A stretch of 64,000 nt of DNA. Source: an uncultured Verrucomicrobiota bacterium. Its GTDB lineage: Bacteria > Verrucomicrobiota > Kiritimatiellia > PWTM01. Positions within the stretch are counted from its first letter, which is position 1. Every line of letters starts with the position of its first letter. The stretch is from contig CAYODK010000001.1 of the NCBI GenBank assembly GCA_964402695.1, forward strand, positions 12,702 to 76,701, read 5' to 3'. The notes under the pieces are model-generated. The model was not told where the DNA came from and made no database searches. It saw only the letters and a list, made by a program, of their open reading frames with translations. This document shows, in pieces, positions 9,552-18,280 of the stretch. The translations under genes and the position numbers were made by a program.

Positions 9552-10427
9552 ATGAACTCAGACCCGATGAACCGACGAGCGACCGTTCTTGCGGCGATCG
9601 CCATCGCGATGGGGCTGATCTGGGCGGGTTACCGGATCGGACGCGAGTCGCGCCCCGAGCCAGCCCCGCCTGCGTCGCGCGCACCGCACGCAACGGCGGG
9701 CACGCCGGTCCGCCCGCGGCCGGCAGCGCGGCGGGCGTCGCCCCCTCCGGCGCCTTCCCTGCAGCGCGGCAGTCTGCCGGCGGACGAGACGGCCCGGTCG
9801 ACCAACGCGACGGCATCCGATGAACGAAGCGTCGATGGTCTCGACTTCGACTGGTTCAACCTATTCCCCAAACCCATGTACGAGGGCGCCCCCGCATGGC
9901 TCCGCGAGTGGCCGGAGGGGACCGACCCCCGGGCGTGGAGGACCTTCGAGTTCTCCTTCGCCTTCAACCCCCGCAACCTCTCGCGCAACAAGCCGGTGAC
10001 CGCGAGCGATCCGATGCCGGTGATCGGTGAGTTGGAGATGCTGACCGACGGCGACAAACTCGCCGCGGACGGCAGTTGGGTGGAACTGGCGGAAGGCGCC
10101 CAGTACGTTCAAGTCGACCTGGAACGCGAGTGCGAGATCGTCGGGGTCGCGCTCTGGCATCTCTACGCTTCACCGCGGATCTACCACGACGTCCAGGTCT
10201 GGATCTCCGCCGACGAGACGTTCACGAACGCGGCCGCGGTCTTCAACAATGACAGCGACAACTCCCTGGGCAACGGCGTCGGAGACAACGCGCCGTACCT
10301 CGAGACCCATCGCGGCCTGTTCCGCTCATTCGAGCCGGTCACGGGCCGGTACGTGCGCGCGTACAGCCGCGGCAGCACGGCGAACGCGAAGAACCAATAC
10401 GTCGAGCTGGAGGTCTTCGGCCGATGA
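9552..10427 (+). CDS. membrane-anchored protein with Pro-rich linker and C-terminal discoidin (F5/8 type C)-like domain
   Basis: Start MNSDPMNRRATVLAAIAIAMGLIWAGY (single TM helix), then a PAPPASRAP... linker, then GSWVELAEGAQYVQVDLERECEIVGVALWH...YVRAY...QYVELEVFG, a jelly-roll discoidin pattern. Confidence 0.55.
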   Translation: MNSDPMNRRATVLAAIAIAMGLIWAGYRIGRESRPEPAPPASRAPHATAGTPVRPRPAARRASPPPAPSLQRGSLPADETARSTNATASDERSVDGLDFDWFNLFPKPMYEGAPAWLREWPEGTDPRAWRTFEFSFAFNPRNLSRNKPVTASDPMPVIGELEMLTDGDKLAADGSWVELAEGAQYVQVDLERECEIVGVALWHLYASPRIYHDVQVWISADETFTNAAAVFNNDSDNSLGNGVGDNAPYLETHRGLFRSFEPVTGRYVRAYSRGSTANAKNQYVELEVFGR

Positions 10428-12130
10428 GCGGGACGGACGATGCAACGGCCTTCCCGCTGCCCCCCGGCTCGACGGCGCTGAACCTGCTGGGGGTCGACTA
10501 CGCGCACGTAAAGACGGGCGACGGGGGCGATCTCTACCTGACCCGGTTCGGCGCGCCGTTCGCGGAGCACCTCAAGCCCGAGTCGTGGTTCGAGCCCGCC
10601 TGGTTCCGGCACAACCGCGAGAAGCTGGCGGGGACGAGCACGGTGTACCGCGTCCACACGCGGCCCCTCGACGGGCGCGGCAAGGACATCGTCGTGAAGT
10701 GGTGCCGCGTGGGCACCGAGATCCCCGTGGACACCTTCACGCTGACCAAGTTCGTCGAGGCCGAGTTCAACAGCCCCTACGAGGAGTTCGCCCTGGTCAT
10801 GGAACTTCGGGCCGAGCGGACCCGGCCGCGCCTGCGGACGCACAGGCCGCTCGCCATCTACGTTCCGGCGAAGCGGTTCAAGCCCTGGCAGATGCAGCGC
10901 ATCGAGTCGAAGATGGAGCGCAAGAAGGCCAAGTTCCGCGACATCGAACTCGACATCTTCCGCCAGTACATCCTGATCTACGAATGGGTCAAGGGGGTGT
11001 CGCTCCCCGAGGCGTTCCTGTCCGTGCAGGGCAGCGTTGAGGAGCGCCGCGCGGAGCTGCGGCGGCTCACGGACAAAGGGGTGCGCGACCTGGCGGAGAA
11101 GGGCTTCCGCGTGTTGGACATGAAGCCCGAGCACATGATCGTGCGCCCGGGGCCGGCCGGCCGGCTTCCGCGGCGCGACGGGAGGCTTGTCTACGCCCTG
11201 GTCGATTTCGAGCTGCTGCAGCGGACGCCGGAGCACGAGAGCGCCGTCGCGTCGCTGCGTCGCGCGGCCTACCTCAGGCACCAGAAGGACCGTTTTGCCG
11301 TGCCGGTGCACGCCCCCCTGCCGCCGCACCTGAAGGCCGCCAACGTGTTCGGCATCGACTATGTCTGCGGCCACTCCGAGAGCACCGGCGGTGAGCTGTG
11401 GGTGGTCGGCCGGGATCCCCAGCTGTTCGACTACTTCCTGCCCGAGCGCTGGCGGCGCACGCCGCGGACGAGGCTGTCGGAGGCCAACGAGGTCTGGCAG
11501 ACGCGCACGAAGGACCAGATCAACCTCGTCTGGAAGGTCTCGCGCGTCGGCGAGATCCCGGACCCGGATCCCGCGGACCCGCGCTCGGCGCGCATCCGCG
11601 AGCACGGGTTCAACAGCCCGTTCGAGGAGTTCGAGATCGCCATCCGCCTCGCGCGCGACGGCGTGCCGGTCGTCTATCCGCGCGCGGTCTACATGACGGG
11701 CCAGCCCGCCGCCGGCGCCGCGGCCTATGCCGCCGACACGCGCCGCTACGAGCGCGACGAGGGGATCCGGGGGCCGGACGGGCGGCCCGCCTTGCGCCGC
11801 GACCACAACTACATCACGGTGTGGGGCTATTGGAACGGGTCCGACGAGACCCTGGCGACGCGCGACGTCGCGGTTTGCTCGCCGCTCAGCCTGGCCAGGG
11901 CCCTGGAGGAGCACCGTCTGACCGGGCCCGAGCACGACGCCCTGCTGGCCGACGCCGCGGCTGCGCTGGCCCGGGCGGGCTACGAGGATCTCAACCTCCA
12001 GGGAGGCCACCTGCTGCTGTCGGTGCCGCCGCAGGGAGGCTTCCTGCGGGGCGATGACGGCCGCCCGCTCGTCCGCTGGTGCAACTTCAGCCTGATGCGG
12101 CCGGTGGCCGCGGCGTCACCGCCCGAGTGA
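10424..12130 (+). CDS. tandem protein-kinase-like fold protein (kinase-like N-terminal half plus degenerate C-terminal repeat)
   Basis: ATGA start/stop overlap with the upstream gene. Two homologous halves: GVDYAHV.../GIDYVCG..., FNSPYEEFALVMELRAE/FNSPFEEFEIAIRLARDG, and GRGKDIVVKW (G-loop plus Lys) in half 1. Half 1 also carries VLDMKPEHMIV (HRDLKPEN-like catalytic loop) and LVDFEL (DFG-like); half 2 has these degenerated (DLNLQGGH, NFS). Confidence 0.6.
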   Translation: MSGTDDATAFPLPPGSTALNLLGVDYAHVKTGDGGDLYLTRFGAPFAEHLKPESWFEPAWFRHNREKLAGTSTVYRVHTRPLDGRGKDIVVKWCRVGTEIPVDTFTLTKFVEAEFNSPYEEFALVMELRAERTRPRLRTHRPLAIYVPAKRFKPWQMQRIESKMERKKAKFRDIELDIFRQYILIYEWVKGVSLPEAFLSVQGSVEERRAELRRLTDKGVRDLAEKGFRVLDMKPEHMIVRPGPAGRLPRRDGRLVYALVDFELLQRTPEHESAVASLRRAAYLRHQKDRFAVPVHAPLPPHLKAANVFGIDYVCGHSESTGGELWVVGRDPQLFDYFLPERWRRTPRTRLSEANEVWQTRTKDQINLVWKVSRVGEIPDPDPADPRSARIREHGFNSPFEEFEIAIRLARDGVPVVYPRAVYMTGQPAAGAAAYAADTRRYERDEGIRGPDGRPALRRDHNYITVWGYWNGSDETLATRDVAVCSPLSLARALEEHRLTGPEHDALLADAAAALARAGYEDLNLQGGHLLLSVPPQGGFLRGDDGRPLVRWCNFSLMRPVAAASPPE

Positions 12131-12367
12131 CGCGACAACGGGCGGGGTTCTCCCGTCGGCGATGGACTCCGGACGCCTTCGGATCGCCAGGGCGGCGTCA
12201 CGAAGCCGGGCAGCCATGCGGATCTTCTCCGCCCATGGCAGCCCCGCCCGGGTTCTCTGCCACTCCGCCTGGCGACGGGCGATGTCGTCAACTCCCGGCA
12301 TGGAGAAACGCACGCGCGATCAGCGCCGAACCGGTCGCGGCGGCCAGCGGGGCCATTCCCACCGGCT

Positions 12368-13960
12368 TCAGGGCGTCTTTTTCTTCCCCTTGCCCTTCTT
12401 CTTCCCGCCGCCCGGGCCGGGCGCGGGCTTGACCTGGGCGCGCTCGGCCCAGGCCTCCCACGCGGCGGCCATCTCGCGGGCCTTCTCCGGCATCGCGGCG
12501 GCCAGGTCGTTGAGCTCGGTGCGGTCCTTTTTCAGATCGTAGAGCTCCCACGGACCGTTCGCGCCCTTGCGGACCAGCTTCCAGTCGCCGACGCGGATGG
12601 CGGCATTGCCCTCGTGCTCCCAGTAGAGCGCCTCGCGCGCGACCGGCTTGTCCGTGAACGCGGGCACCAGGCTGCGGCCCTCCATCGGCTGGATCGTGCG
12701 GTCGCCGATCTTCGCCGGGTAGGCGGCGCGGCCGACGTCGGCCACCGTCGCCATGATATCGACGAGGTGGCCCGGCTGGGCGCGCAACTCTCCCTTCGCG
12801 GCGATGCCGGCCGGCCAGTGCGCGATCAGGGGCGTCGCGATGCCGCCCTCGTGGTTGAAGTGCTTGTAGCGTCGGAACGGTGTGTTCTCGAGCACCGCCC
12901 AGGACTCGCCGCAGAACCAGTCGGAGTCCGCCTTCGTGGGGTCGCCGTTCGTCCTGCCGCCCGGCCCCGCCTCGGCGTTGCCGCCGTTGTCGCTCATAAA
13001 GAGGATCAGGGTGTTGTCGAGCAGGCCGCGCGCCTTCAGACCGTCGACGAACGTGCCCATCGCGCGGTCCATGCGCCAGACGACCGCCGCGTACACGGCC
13101 ATGATGTGGTCGAAACGGTCCTTCTCCTCCGCGGTGAGGCTGTCCCACGCCTTCACCGCGTCCGGCCGCGGCGACAGCGGCCAGGCCTTGTCGACGAGGC
13201 CCATCGCGATCTGGCGCCGGTGGCGCTCCTCGCGCAACCGGTCCCACCCGGCCTTGTACCTGCCGCGGAACCGGGCGATGTCGGCCTCGTCGGCCTGGAG
13301 CGGGAAGTGCGGCGCGTTGTGGGCGAGGTAGAGGAAGAACGGCTTCTTCGCGGCGACGGCCTCGTCGACGAACCGCAGCCCGAACCCGGCCCAGAGGTCG
13401 CTCGAGTACCAGTTCTTCGGCAGTTCGGGCGCCCCGCGGGGAAGCTCCCTGCCGTTCAGGAAGAGTGTCGCGCGCGGCGCGTCGGGCCGGTAGAAGCCGC
13501 CGGCCGCGGCGTTGAGGCTGCGGTCGAATCCGCGCTCCCACGGCACGACGCCGAGGTTCTGGCCGACATGCCACTTGCCGACCATCGCCGTGAAGTAGCC
13601 GGCCGGTCGCAGCACCTCGGCCATCGTTGCGCACCGGTCGTTGAGCCGGCCCTGGTAGCCCGGCTGGCCGCGGTCGTCGGTCATGTGGCCGACCCCCGCC
13701 TGGTGGGGATAGAGCCCGGTCAGCAGCGAGGCGCGTGTCGGGCAGCAGCGGCCCGTGTTGTAGAACTGCGTGAACCGGAGGCCGTTCGCGGCGAGCGCAT
13801 CGAGGGCGGGCGTCTCGATCTCGCCGCCGTAGCAGCCGAGGTCGGAGAAGCCCATGTCGTCGACGAGCACCACGGCGATGTTCGGCCGTGCCGGTTCCGC
13901 CGCGCACGCGGCGCCCGCGCCAAGCCCGATCGCCGCCATGAAACCCAGAAGCTTCTTCAT
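12368..13960 (-). CDS. arylsulfatase (formylglycine-dependent sulfatase)
   Basis: Start MKKLLGFMAAIGLGAGAACAA (signal peptide) after a GGAGGTG RBS; CCPTRASLLTG (C-x-P-x-R FGly motif); MVGKWH and SDNG sulfatase boxes; Lys-rich tail GGGKKKGKGKKKTP. Confidence 0.85.
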   Translation of the reverse strand: MKKLLGFMAAIGLGAGAACAAEPARPNIAVVLVDDMGFSDLGCYGGEIETPALDALAANGLRFTQFYNTGRCCPTRASLLTGLYPHQAGVGHMTDDRGQPGYQGRLNDRCATMAEVLRPAGYFTAMVGKWHVGQNLGVVPWERGFDRSLNAAAGGFYRPDAPRATLFLNGRELPRGAPELPKNWYSSDLWAGFGLRFVDEAVAAKKPFFLYLAHNAPHFPLQADEADIARFRGRYKAGWDRLREERHRRQIAMGLVDKAWPLSPRPDAVKAWDSLTAEEKDRFDHIMAVYAAVVWRMDRAMGTFVDGLKARGLLDNTLILFMSDNGGNAEAGPGGRTNGDPTKADSDWFCGESWAVLENTPFRRYKHFNHEGGIATPLIAHWPAGIAAKGELRAQPGHLVDIMATVADVGRAAYPAKIGDRTIQPMEGRSLVPAFTDKPVAREALYWEHEGNAAIRVGDWKLVRKGANGPWELYDLKKDRTELNDLAAAMPEKAREMAAAWEAWAERAQVKPAPGPGGGKKKGKGKKKTP

Positions 13961-14111
13961 CGCATCACCTCCGACGATGCCCGCATGATGGCGCATCCGC
14001 CGCCCTGCCGCCACGGGAAAACGCGGACGAAGACGCAGCGGGTGCCGGCGTTCGTTGTTCGGTGTTCGATGTTCGGTGTTCGGTGGTAGGATGCGGACGG
14101 GGATTCACGCC

Positions 14112-14315
14112 ATGGACTGCAAGAAGGATGCGAACCGGCGGCGCTGCAACTGCACCTACGAGCCCTGTTCCCGAAAGGGGGCCTGCTGCGACTGCCTCCG
14201 CTACCACCTGGCCGCCCGGGAACTGCCGGCATGCTGCTTCCCGGCCGGCGTCGAGCGCACGTTCGACCGCAGCTTCGAGCGGTTCGCGCAACTCGTGCAG
14301 TCCGGCGGCGTGTGA
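14112..14315 (+). CDS. small Cys-rich protein, hypothetical
   Basis: MDCKKDANRRRCNCTYEPCSRKGACCDCLRYHLAARELPACCFPAG: nine Cys in 67 aa. Internal ATG of track ORF 14055..14315. Confidence 0.4.
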   Translation: MDCKKDANRRRCNCTYEPCSRKGACCDCLRYHLAARELPACCFPAGVERTFDRSFERFAQLVQSGGV

Positions 14316-14779
14316 GCGCCCGACCGCCCAGCCTCCCGGACGCGGACCGCCGCTGGATCGTCGTCGACCGGCCGCCCTGGCCCGAACTCCTGCGCGCGCA
14401 CCTGCCCGGCGTCGTGATCGCCGGGCCGGTCCTGCTGGCGGCGCGGTTCTATCCGTTCCGGGAGCATCCCGTCATCACGTGCCAGTTCCGGAAGTGGACC
14501 GGCCATCCGTGCCCGGGCTGCGGCTTCACGCGCGCCTTCCAGTCGATCGCCCGCGGGCGCCCGGCGGACGCCGCGCGCGACGCCCCGGCCTCGCTGCTCC
14601 TGTTTGCCGGCGTGGCGCTCGTGCTGGCGTGGAACCTGGCCGCGCTCGCCCTGCGCCGCCGCCTCCGCCCCGGTCCGCGCCTGGTGCCCGGTCCGCGCGC
14701 GTGGCGCATCCTGATCGCGACGGGGGCGGTCATCCTGGCGGCGAACTGGATCTGGCGGATCGCGAACGGGCTTCAGTGA
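14312..14779 (+). CDS. DUF2752-like membrane protein
   Basis: In-frame GTG at 14312 overlaps the upstream stop (GTGTGA); the track alternative is ATG at 14231. Contains CQFRKWTGHPCPGCGFTRA (C...CPGCGxTRA motif) and two C-terminal TM helices. Confidence 0.55.
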   Translation: MSARPPSLPDADRRWIVVDRPPWPELLRAHLPGVVIAGPVLLAARFYPFREHPVITCQFRKWTGHPCPGCGFTRAFQSIARGRPADAARDAPASLLLFAGVALVLAWNLAALALRRRLRPGPRLVPGPRAWRILIATGAVILAANWIWRIANGLQ

Positions 14780-14833
14780 ATCCTTCCGGCGCTTGCCGCG
14801 AACCTCCGCCGCGCATAGTCTTGCCCCGCCTCC

Positions 14834-14910
14834 GGGCCCGTAGCTCAGTTGGTCAGAGCTGGAGACTCATAATCTCTAGGTCGCAGGTTCGAGCCCTGCC
14901 GGGCCCACCA
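14834..14910 (+). tRNA. tRNA-Met (anticodon CAT; elongator-type, could also be tRNA-Ile2/lysidine)
   Basis: GGGCCCGTAGCTCAGTTGGTCAGAGCTGGAGACTCATAATCTCTAGGTCGCAGGTTCGAGCCCTGCCGGGCCCACCA: 7-bp acceptor stem GGGCCCG/CGGGCCC, anticodon loop CTCATAA, T-loop GTTCGAGCC, encoded CCA. Confidence 0.9.
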
Positions 14911-15309
14911 TCCTTCGCTCGGCGCGGGGCGGCGAGCGAAGGATGGTGCCCTCCATAGCGCCGCTCCGCGGCGCGACGGAGGGCCCGTGGTCCGCTCCGC
15001 GCCGAGCTACGGATGGCAGGCCATGTTCTATACGTATGTCTTGGAAAGCGAGATCGAACCGTCCCGCCATTACATCGGCCATACTGCGGACCTGGCCCAG
15101 CGGCTGTTGGATCACAACGCCGGGACCTCGCCGCACACGACCAAGTACCGGCCCTGGCGCGTGAAGTTCCATGCGGCCTTTGAAACGATCGAACGGGCCC
15201 GGACCTTTGAGCGCTATCTGAAATCCGGATCCGGTCACGCCTTCGCTCACAAGCATCTCGGTTTCTGAAGCGCTCGGCGCGGAGCGGCGAGCGAAGGATG
15301 GTGCCCTCC
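14911..15309 (+). mobile_element. tRNA-adjacent GIY-YIG nuclease cassette bounded by ~38-bp direct repeats
   Basis: Direct repeats GCTCGGCGCGG(G/A)GCGGCGAGCGAAGGATGGTGCCCTCC at ~14917-14954 and ~15271-15309 flank one GIY-YIG gene; the left copy starts right after the tRNA 3' CCA. Confidence 0.6.
15023..15268 (+). CDS. GIY-YIG nuclease family protein (UPF0213-like)
   Basis: MFYTYVLESEIEPSRHYIGHTADLAQRLLDHN: GIY-YIG-type motifs (YVLES...YIGHT...R...HN). Confidence 0.75.
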   Translation: MFYTYVLESEIEPSRHYIGHTADLAQRLLDHNAGTSPHTTKYRPWRVKFHAAFETIERARTFERYLKSGSGHAFAHKHLGF

Positions 15310-15378
15310 GGCGGCATGTCTGGAGTTGCGGGCGCCGGATCCCGGCCGTAGGCTCGGACGGGCACCGGCCCCACGGGT

Positions 15379-15877
15379 CATGCCGATGAAGACCATCCTG
15401 ATCGGGATCTGTTGCGTGGCATTCCTCGCCAGCGTCGCCGGGGCGAAGCCGCCGGCCGAACGAGCCAACATCCTCGGGGTCAGGCCCTCCGCGCGCGCCG
15501 AAACCGGTGGGGCGGCCACGTTCACCTTCGAGGTCTTCGTCACGCAGGCCAACCTCTCGGGCAAGGGGACCGTCTGCACGCTGTACGTGGAATTTGCAGA
15601 CAGCGCCAAGCAGAAGTACCTCGCCACCGGCGAGTGCTCCCTGGACGAGTTCCCGGTGGGGAGGACCTTTGGTGTGATCTACCGGTTCTCCGTCTTCCAC
15701 GAGAAGGGGGCGGACCTGAAGCCCACCGCCTATGCCACCACCGTTCGTCTCGGCGGCTCGGCGTCCCTGCTGGATCAGAAGACGGACAAGGTGAAGTCGC
15801 TCGAATCGATGAAAGTCTCCACGCTGTCCCACGCGAAGCTCGAGTTCCAATCCTCCGCCCATGTCCAGGGCCGGTGA
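15379..15877 (+). CDS. secreted hypothetical protein
   Basis: MPMKTILIGICCVAFLASVAGA signal peptide; no recognisable domain. Confidence 0.45.
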
Positions 15878-15918
15878 GCGGGTGGGCGGGGCGACCCCCG
15901 AAGCGCGGTCGGCAACCC

Positions 15919-16545
15919 CTAGCGAGGCGGGGGCTCCCCGGCCGGCGCGTAGGAGTCGAGCACCTGGCGCAGCAGGGGTTCGAAGGCGGCGAGGCGTTCG
16001 CGCTTGGCGGCGAGTTGGAGGTGGTGGTTGGTGGTGCCCACCAGGAAATCGAGCGTGATGGCCTCCTTCTCGAAAAGCCGCATGCGGCGCTCGACCGCCG
16101 GCCGCCCCTTCCAGGTGACGATCCGGATGTTCTGGTTGACGCCGTAGGTCTCTTCGATCCGCCGGATCTCGTCCGCCAGGCGGTCGAATCGCTCGTGACC
16201 CAGGTCCGCCAGCCGGATCCAGACCTCGAGGCCCTGGGGGCCGCGCAGGATGAGGTCGTTCGGCGCGGCGCGTTCGCCCGTTCGCTCGGCCCAGGATGAG
16301 GGCACCGTGATCGCGAAGCGTCCGGCGGCGTCGACGACGCGCTTGTCCGAAAGCCCCAGGACGAGCGCGGAGGTGTCGTCGTCCGCCGGCACCTCGCCGC
16401 CCGGGCCCGCGGAGTCCTGCATTCGGCGAAGGACCTCGACGATGCCGAGGCCGGCCGCGAGCACGCCGACGGCCAGGGCGATCGCGAGAGCGGTTCGCTT
16501 CCCACCCCGGGGCCCGGGGTGGTCAGGCCTGGAACTGGAGATCAT
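15919..16545 (-). CDS. membrane-anchored hypothetical protein
   Basis: Track ORF; N-terminal TM RTALAIALAVGVLAAGLGIV; stop overlaps the ABC transporter gene region. Confidence 0.45.
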   Translation of the reverse strand: MISSSRPDHPGPRGGKRTALAIALAVGVLAAGLGIVEVLRRMQDSAGPGGEVPADDDTSALVLGLSDKRVVDAAGRFAITVPSSWAERTGERAAPNDLILRGPQGLEVWIRLADLGHERFDRLADEIRRIEETYGVNQNIRIVTWKGRPAVERRMRLFEKEAITLDFLVGTTNHHLQLAAKRERLAAFEPLLRQVLDSYAPAGEPPPR

Positions 16546-18280
16546 AGAGCCTCCGGTAGATGCCGCCGCGGTCGAGCAACTCCGCGTGCGTGCCCTCCTC
16601 GGCGACGACGCCGCGGTCCATGACCAGGATCCGGTCCGCGCCGGTGATGGTCGACAGCCGGTGCGCGATCACGAAGACGGTCCGGCCGGTCATGAGTTCG
16701 TCCAGCGCGGCCTGCACGAGACGCTCGCTCTCGGTGTCGAGCGCGCTCGTGGCCTCGTCGAGGATCAGGATCGGCGGGTTGCGCAGGATCGCACGCGCGA
16801 TGGCGAGCCGCTGGCGCTGGCCCCCGGACAGCCGCACCCCGCGCTCGCCGATGACGGTCTCGTAGCCGTCCGGGAGTTCGCGGATGAACCCGTCGGCCTG
16901 GGCGCGGCGGGCGGCGTCCTCGACGGCCGCGCGCGGCGTGTCGGGGCGGCCGTAGGCGATGTTGGCGGCGACGGTGTCGTTGAACAGAACGGTCTCCTGC
17001 GTCACGAGGCCCATCTGCGCGCGCAGCGACCGCAGCGTGAACTCCCGCGCGTCGCGGCCGTTGATCGTGATGCGGCCGCGCGTGGCGTCGAAGAACCGGG
17101 GGATCAGGCTGACCAGCGTGGTCTTGCCCGAGCCGGAGGCGCCGACGAGCGCGATCCGACGCCCCGCGGAGACCCTCGCGCGGATGCCGCGAAGCACCGG
17201 CTCGTCGCCGTAGGCGAAGTCGACATCCTCGAAGGCAACCTCGCGGACGGGGCCCTCGAACACCGCCGCGTCCGGCGCCTCGCGGACCGTGACCTCCGTG
17301 TCGAGGATCTCGAAGATGCGATCCGCGGCGGCCGCGCTGTGCTGGATGTTCATGTGAAGGTTGCCCAGCTTCTTCACCGGGTCGTACATGACCACCAGCG
17401 CCGCGACGAACGTCAGGAAATCCTGCACGGGCAGCTTCGCCCACCACGCGTACATCAGCAGCAGCGAGATCCAGATCACCGCGAACTCGACGATGATCGG
17501 TTCGACCGCGATCCGGGCCCTCGTCACACGCATGATCCGGCTGAAGACCGACGAGCTGCTCCGGTTGAAGCGGCCGCGCTCGTAGTCCTCCATCCCGAAC
17601 GCCTTGACCACCCGCACGCCGCCGATCGTCTCCTGCAGCAGCGAGACGAGGTCGGCCAGCCGCTGCTGCCCCTCGCGGGCGTACCGTCGCACGCGCCGGC
17701 CGAAGACCGCGATCGGCACCAGGCACACGGGGAACACGACGAGGCTCGCGAACGCCAGCTTCCAGTCGAGCCAGACCAGGTAGCCCGCGGCGCCCACCAG
17801 CACGAACGGCTGCTGCAGCAGGTCGGCCAGAACGGTGGACACGGCCCGCTCCACGAGCGAGGTGTCGTTCGACGTGCGCGAGATCAGCTCGCCCGTGCGG
17901 CTCTGCGTGAAGAACGAGAGCGACAGCTCCTGGAGCCGGTCGAAGATCGCGATGCGCAGGTCCATCACGACCCGGTTGCCCACCCACTCGACCAGGTAGC
18001 GGCTGACGTAGAATCCCAGCCCCCGCACGAGGGCGATCGCCGGCAGCAGCACGGCGATCCCGACGGCCGCTCGGAGGTTGTCGACCCGGTCGACGAAGAC
18101 CGTCTCGATGAGCTTCTTGACGACGAACAGCATGCCGGTCGTCGACCCGGCGAACAGGAGGCCGAAGACCACGCCGGTCGCCAGGCGGGCCCGGTGGGGG
18201 CGCACATACGTCAGCAACCGGCGATACGTGTCGCCCGCATGGGGATACGGCGCGCCCGCGGGCTGGGAGGGGCCGCTCAT
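16523..18280 (-). CDS. ABC transporter permease/ATPase, MsbA-like lipid exporter
   Basis: Start MSGPSQPAG... inside track ORF 16523..19855; six-TM domain followed by Walker A GASGSGKTT, signature LSGGQRQR and Walker B ILILDEATSALD; ATGA overlap with the trxB stop. Confidence 0.85.
   Translation of the reverse strand: MSGPSQPAGAPYPHAGDTYRRLLTYVRPHRARLATGVVFGLLFAGSTTGMLFVVKKLIETVFVDRVDNLRAAVGIAVLLPAIALVRGLGFYVSRYLVEWVGNRVVMDLRIAIFDRLQELSLSFFTQSRTGELISRTSNDTSLVERAVSTVLADLLQQPFVLVGAAGYLVWLDWKLAFASLVVFPVCLVPIAVFGRRVRRYAREGQQRLADLVSLLQETIGGVRVVKAFGMEDYERGRFNRSSSSVFSRIMRVTRARIAVEPIIVEFAVIWISLLLMYAWWAKLPVQDFLTFVAALVVMYDPVKKLGNLHMNIQHSAAAADRIFEILDTEVTVREAPDAAVFEGPVREVAFEDVDFAYGDEPVLRGIRARVSAGRRIALVGASGSGKTTLVSLIPRFFDATRGRITINGRDAREFTLRSLRAQMGLVTQETVLFNDTVAANIAYGRPDTPRAAVEDAARRAQADGFIRELPDGYETVIGERGVRLSGGQRQRLAIARAILRNPPILILDEATSALDTESERLVQAALDELMTGRTVFVIAHRLSTITGADRILVMDRGVVAEEGTHAELLDRGGIYRRLYDLQFQA

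Noticed and set aside
10181-12010. 609-aa minus-strand ORF
   Set aside because: It is antisense to the kinase-like gene; the composition is low-complexity (R/G/A/L/V rich), typical of stop-poor antisense frames in ~70% GC DNA; it has no recognisable motifs.
12116-12313. 65-aa minus-strand ORF between the kinase-like gene and the sulfatase
   Set aside because: It has no motif, overlaps the sulfatase 3' end region, and a high-GC spurious frame is more likely.
14231-14311. ATG start at 14231 for the DUF2752 gene
   Set aside because: It would overlap the upstream Cys-rich gene by 85 nt in a different frame; the in-frame GTG at 14312 overlapping that gene's stop is more parsimonious, though unproven.
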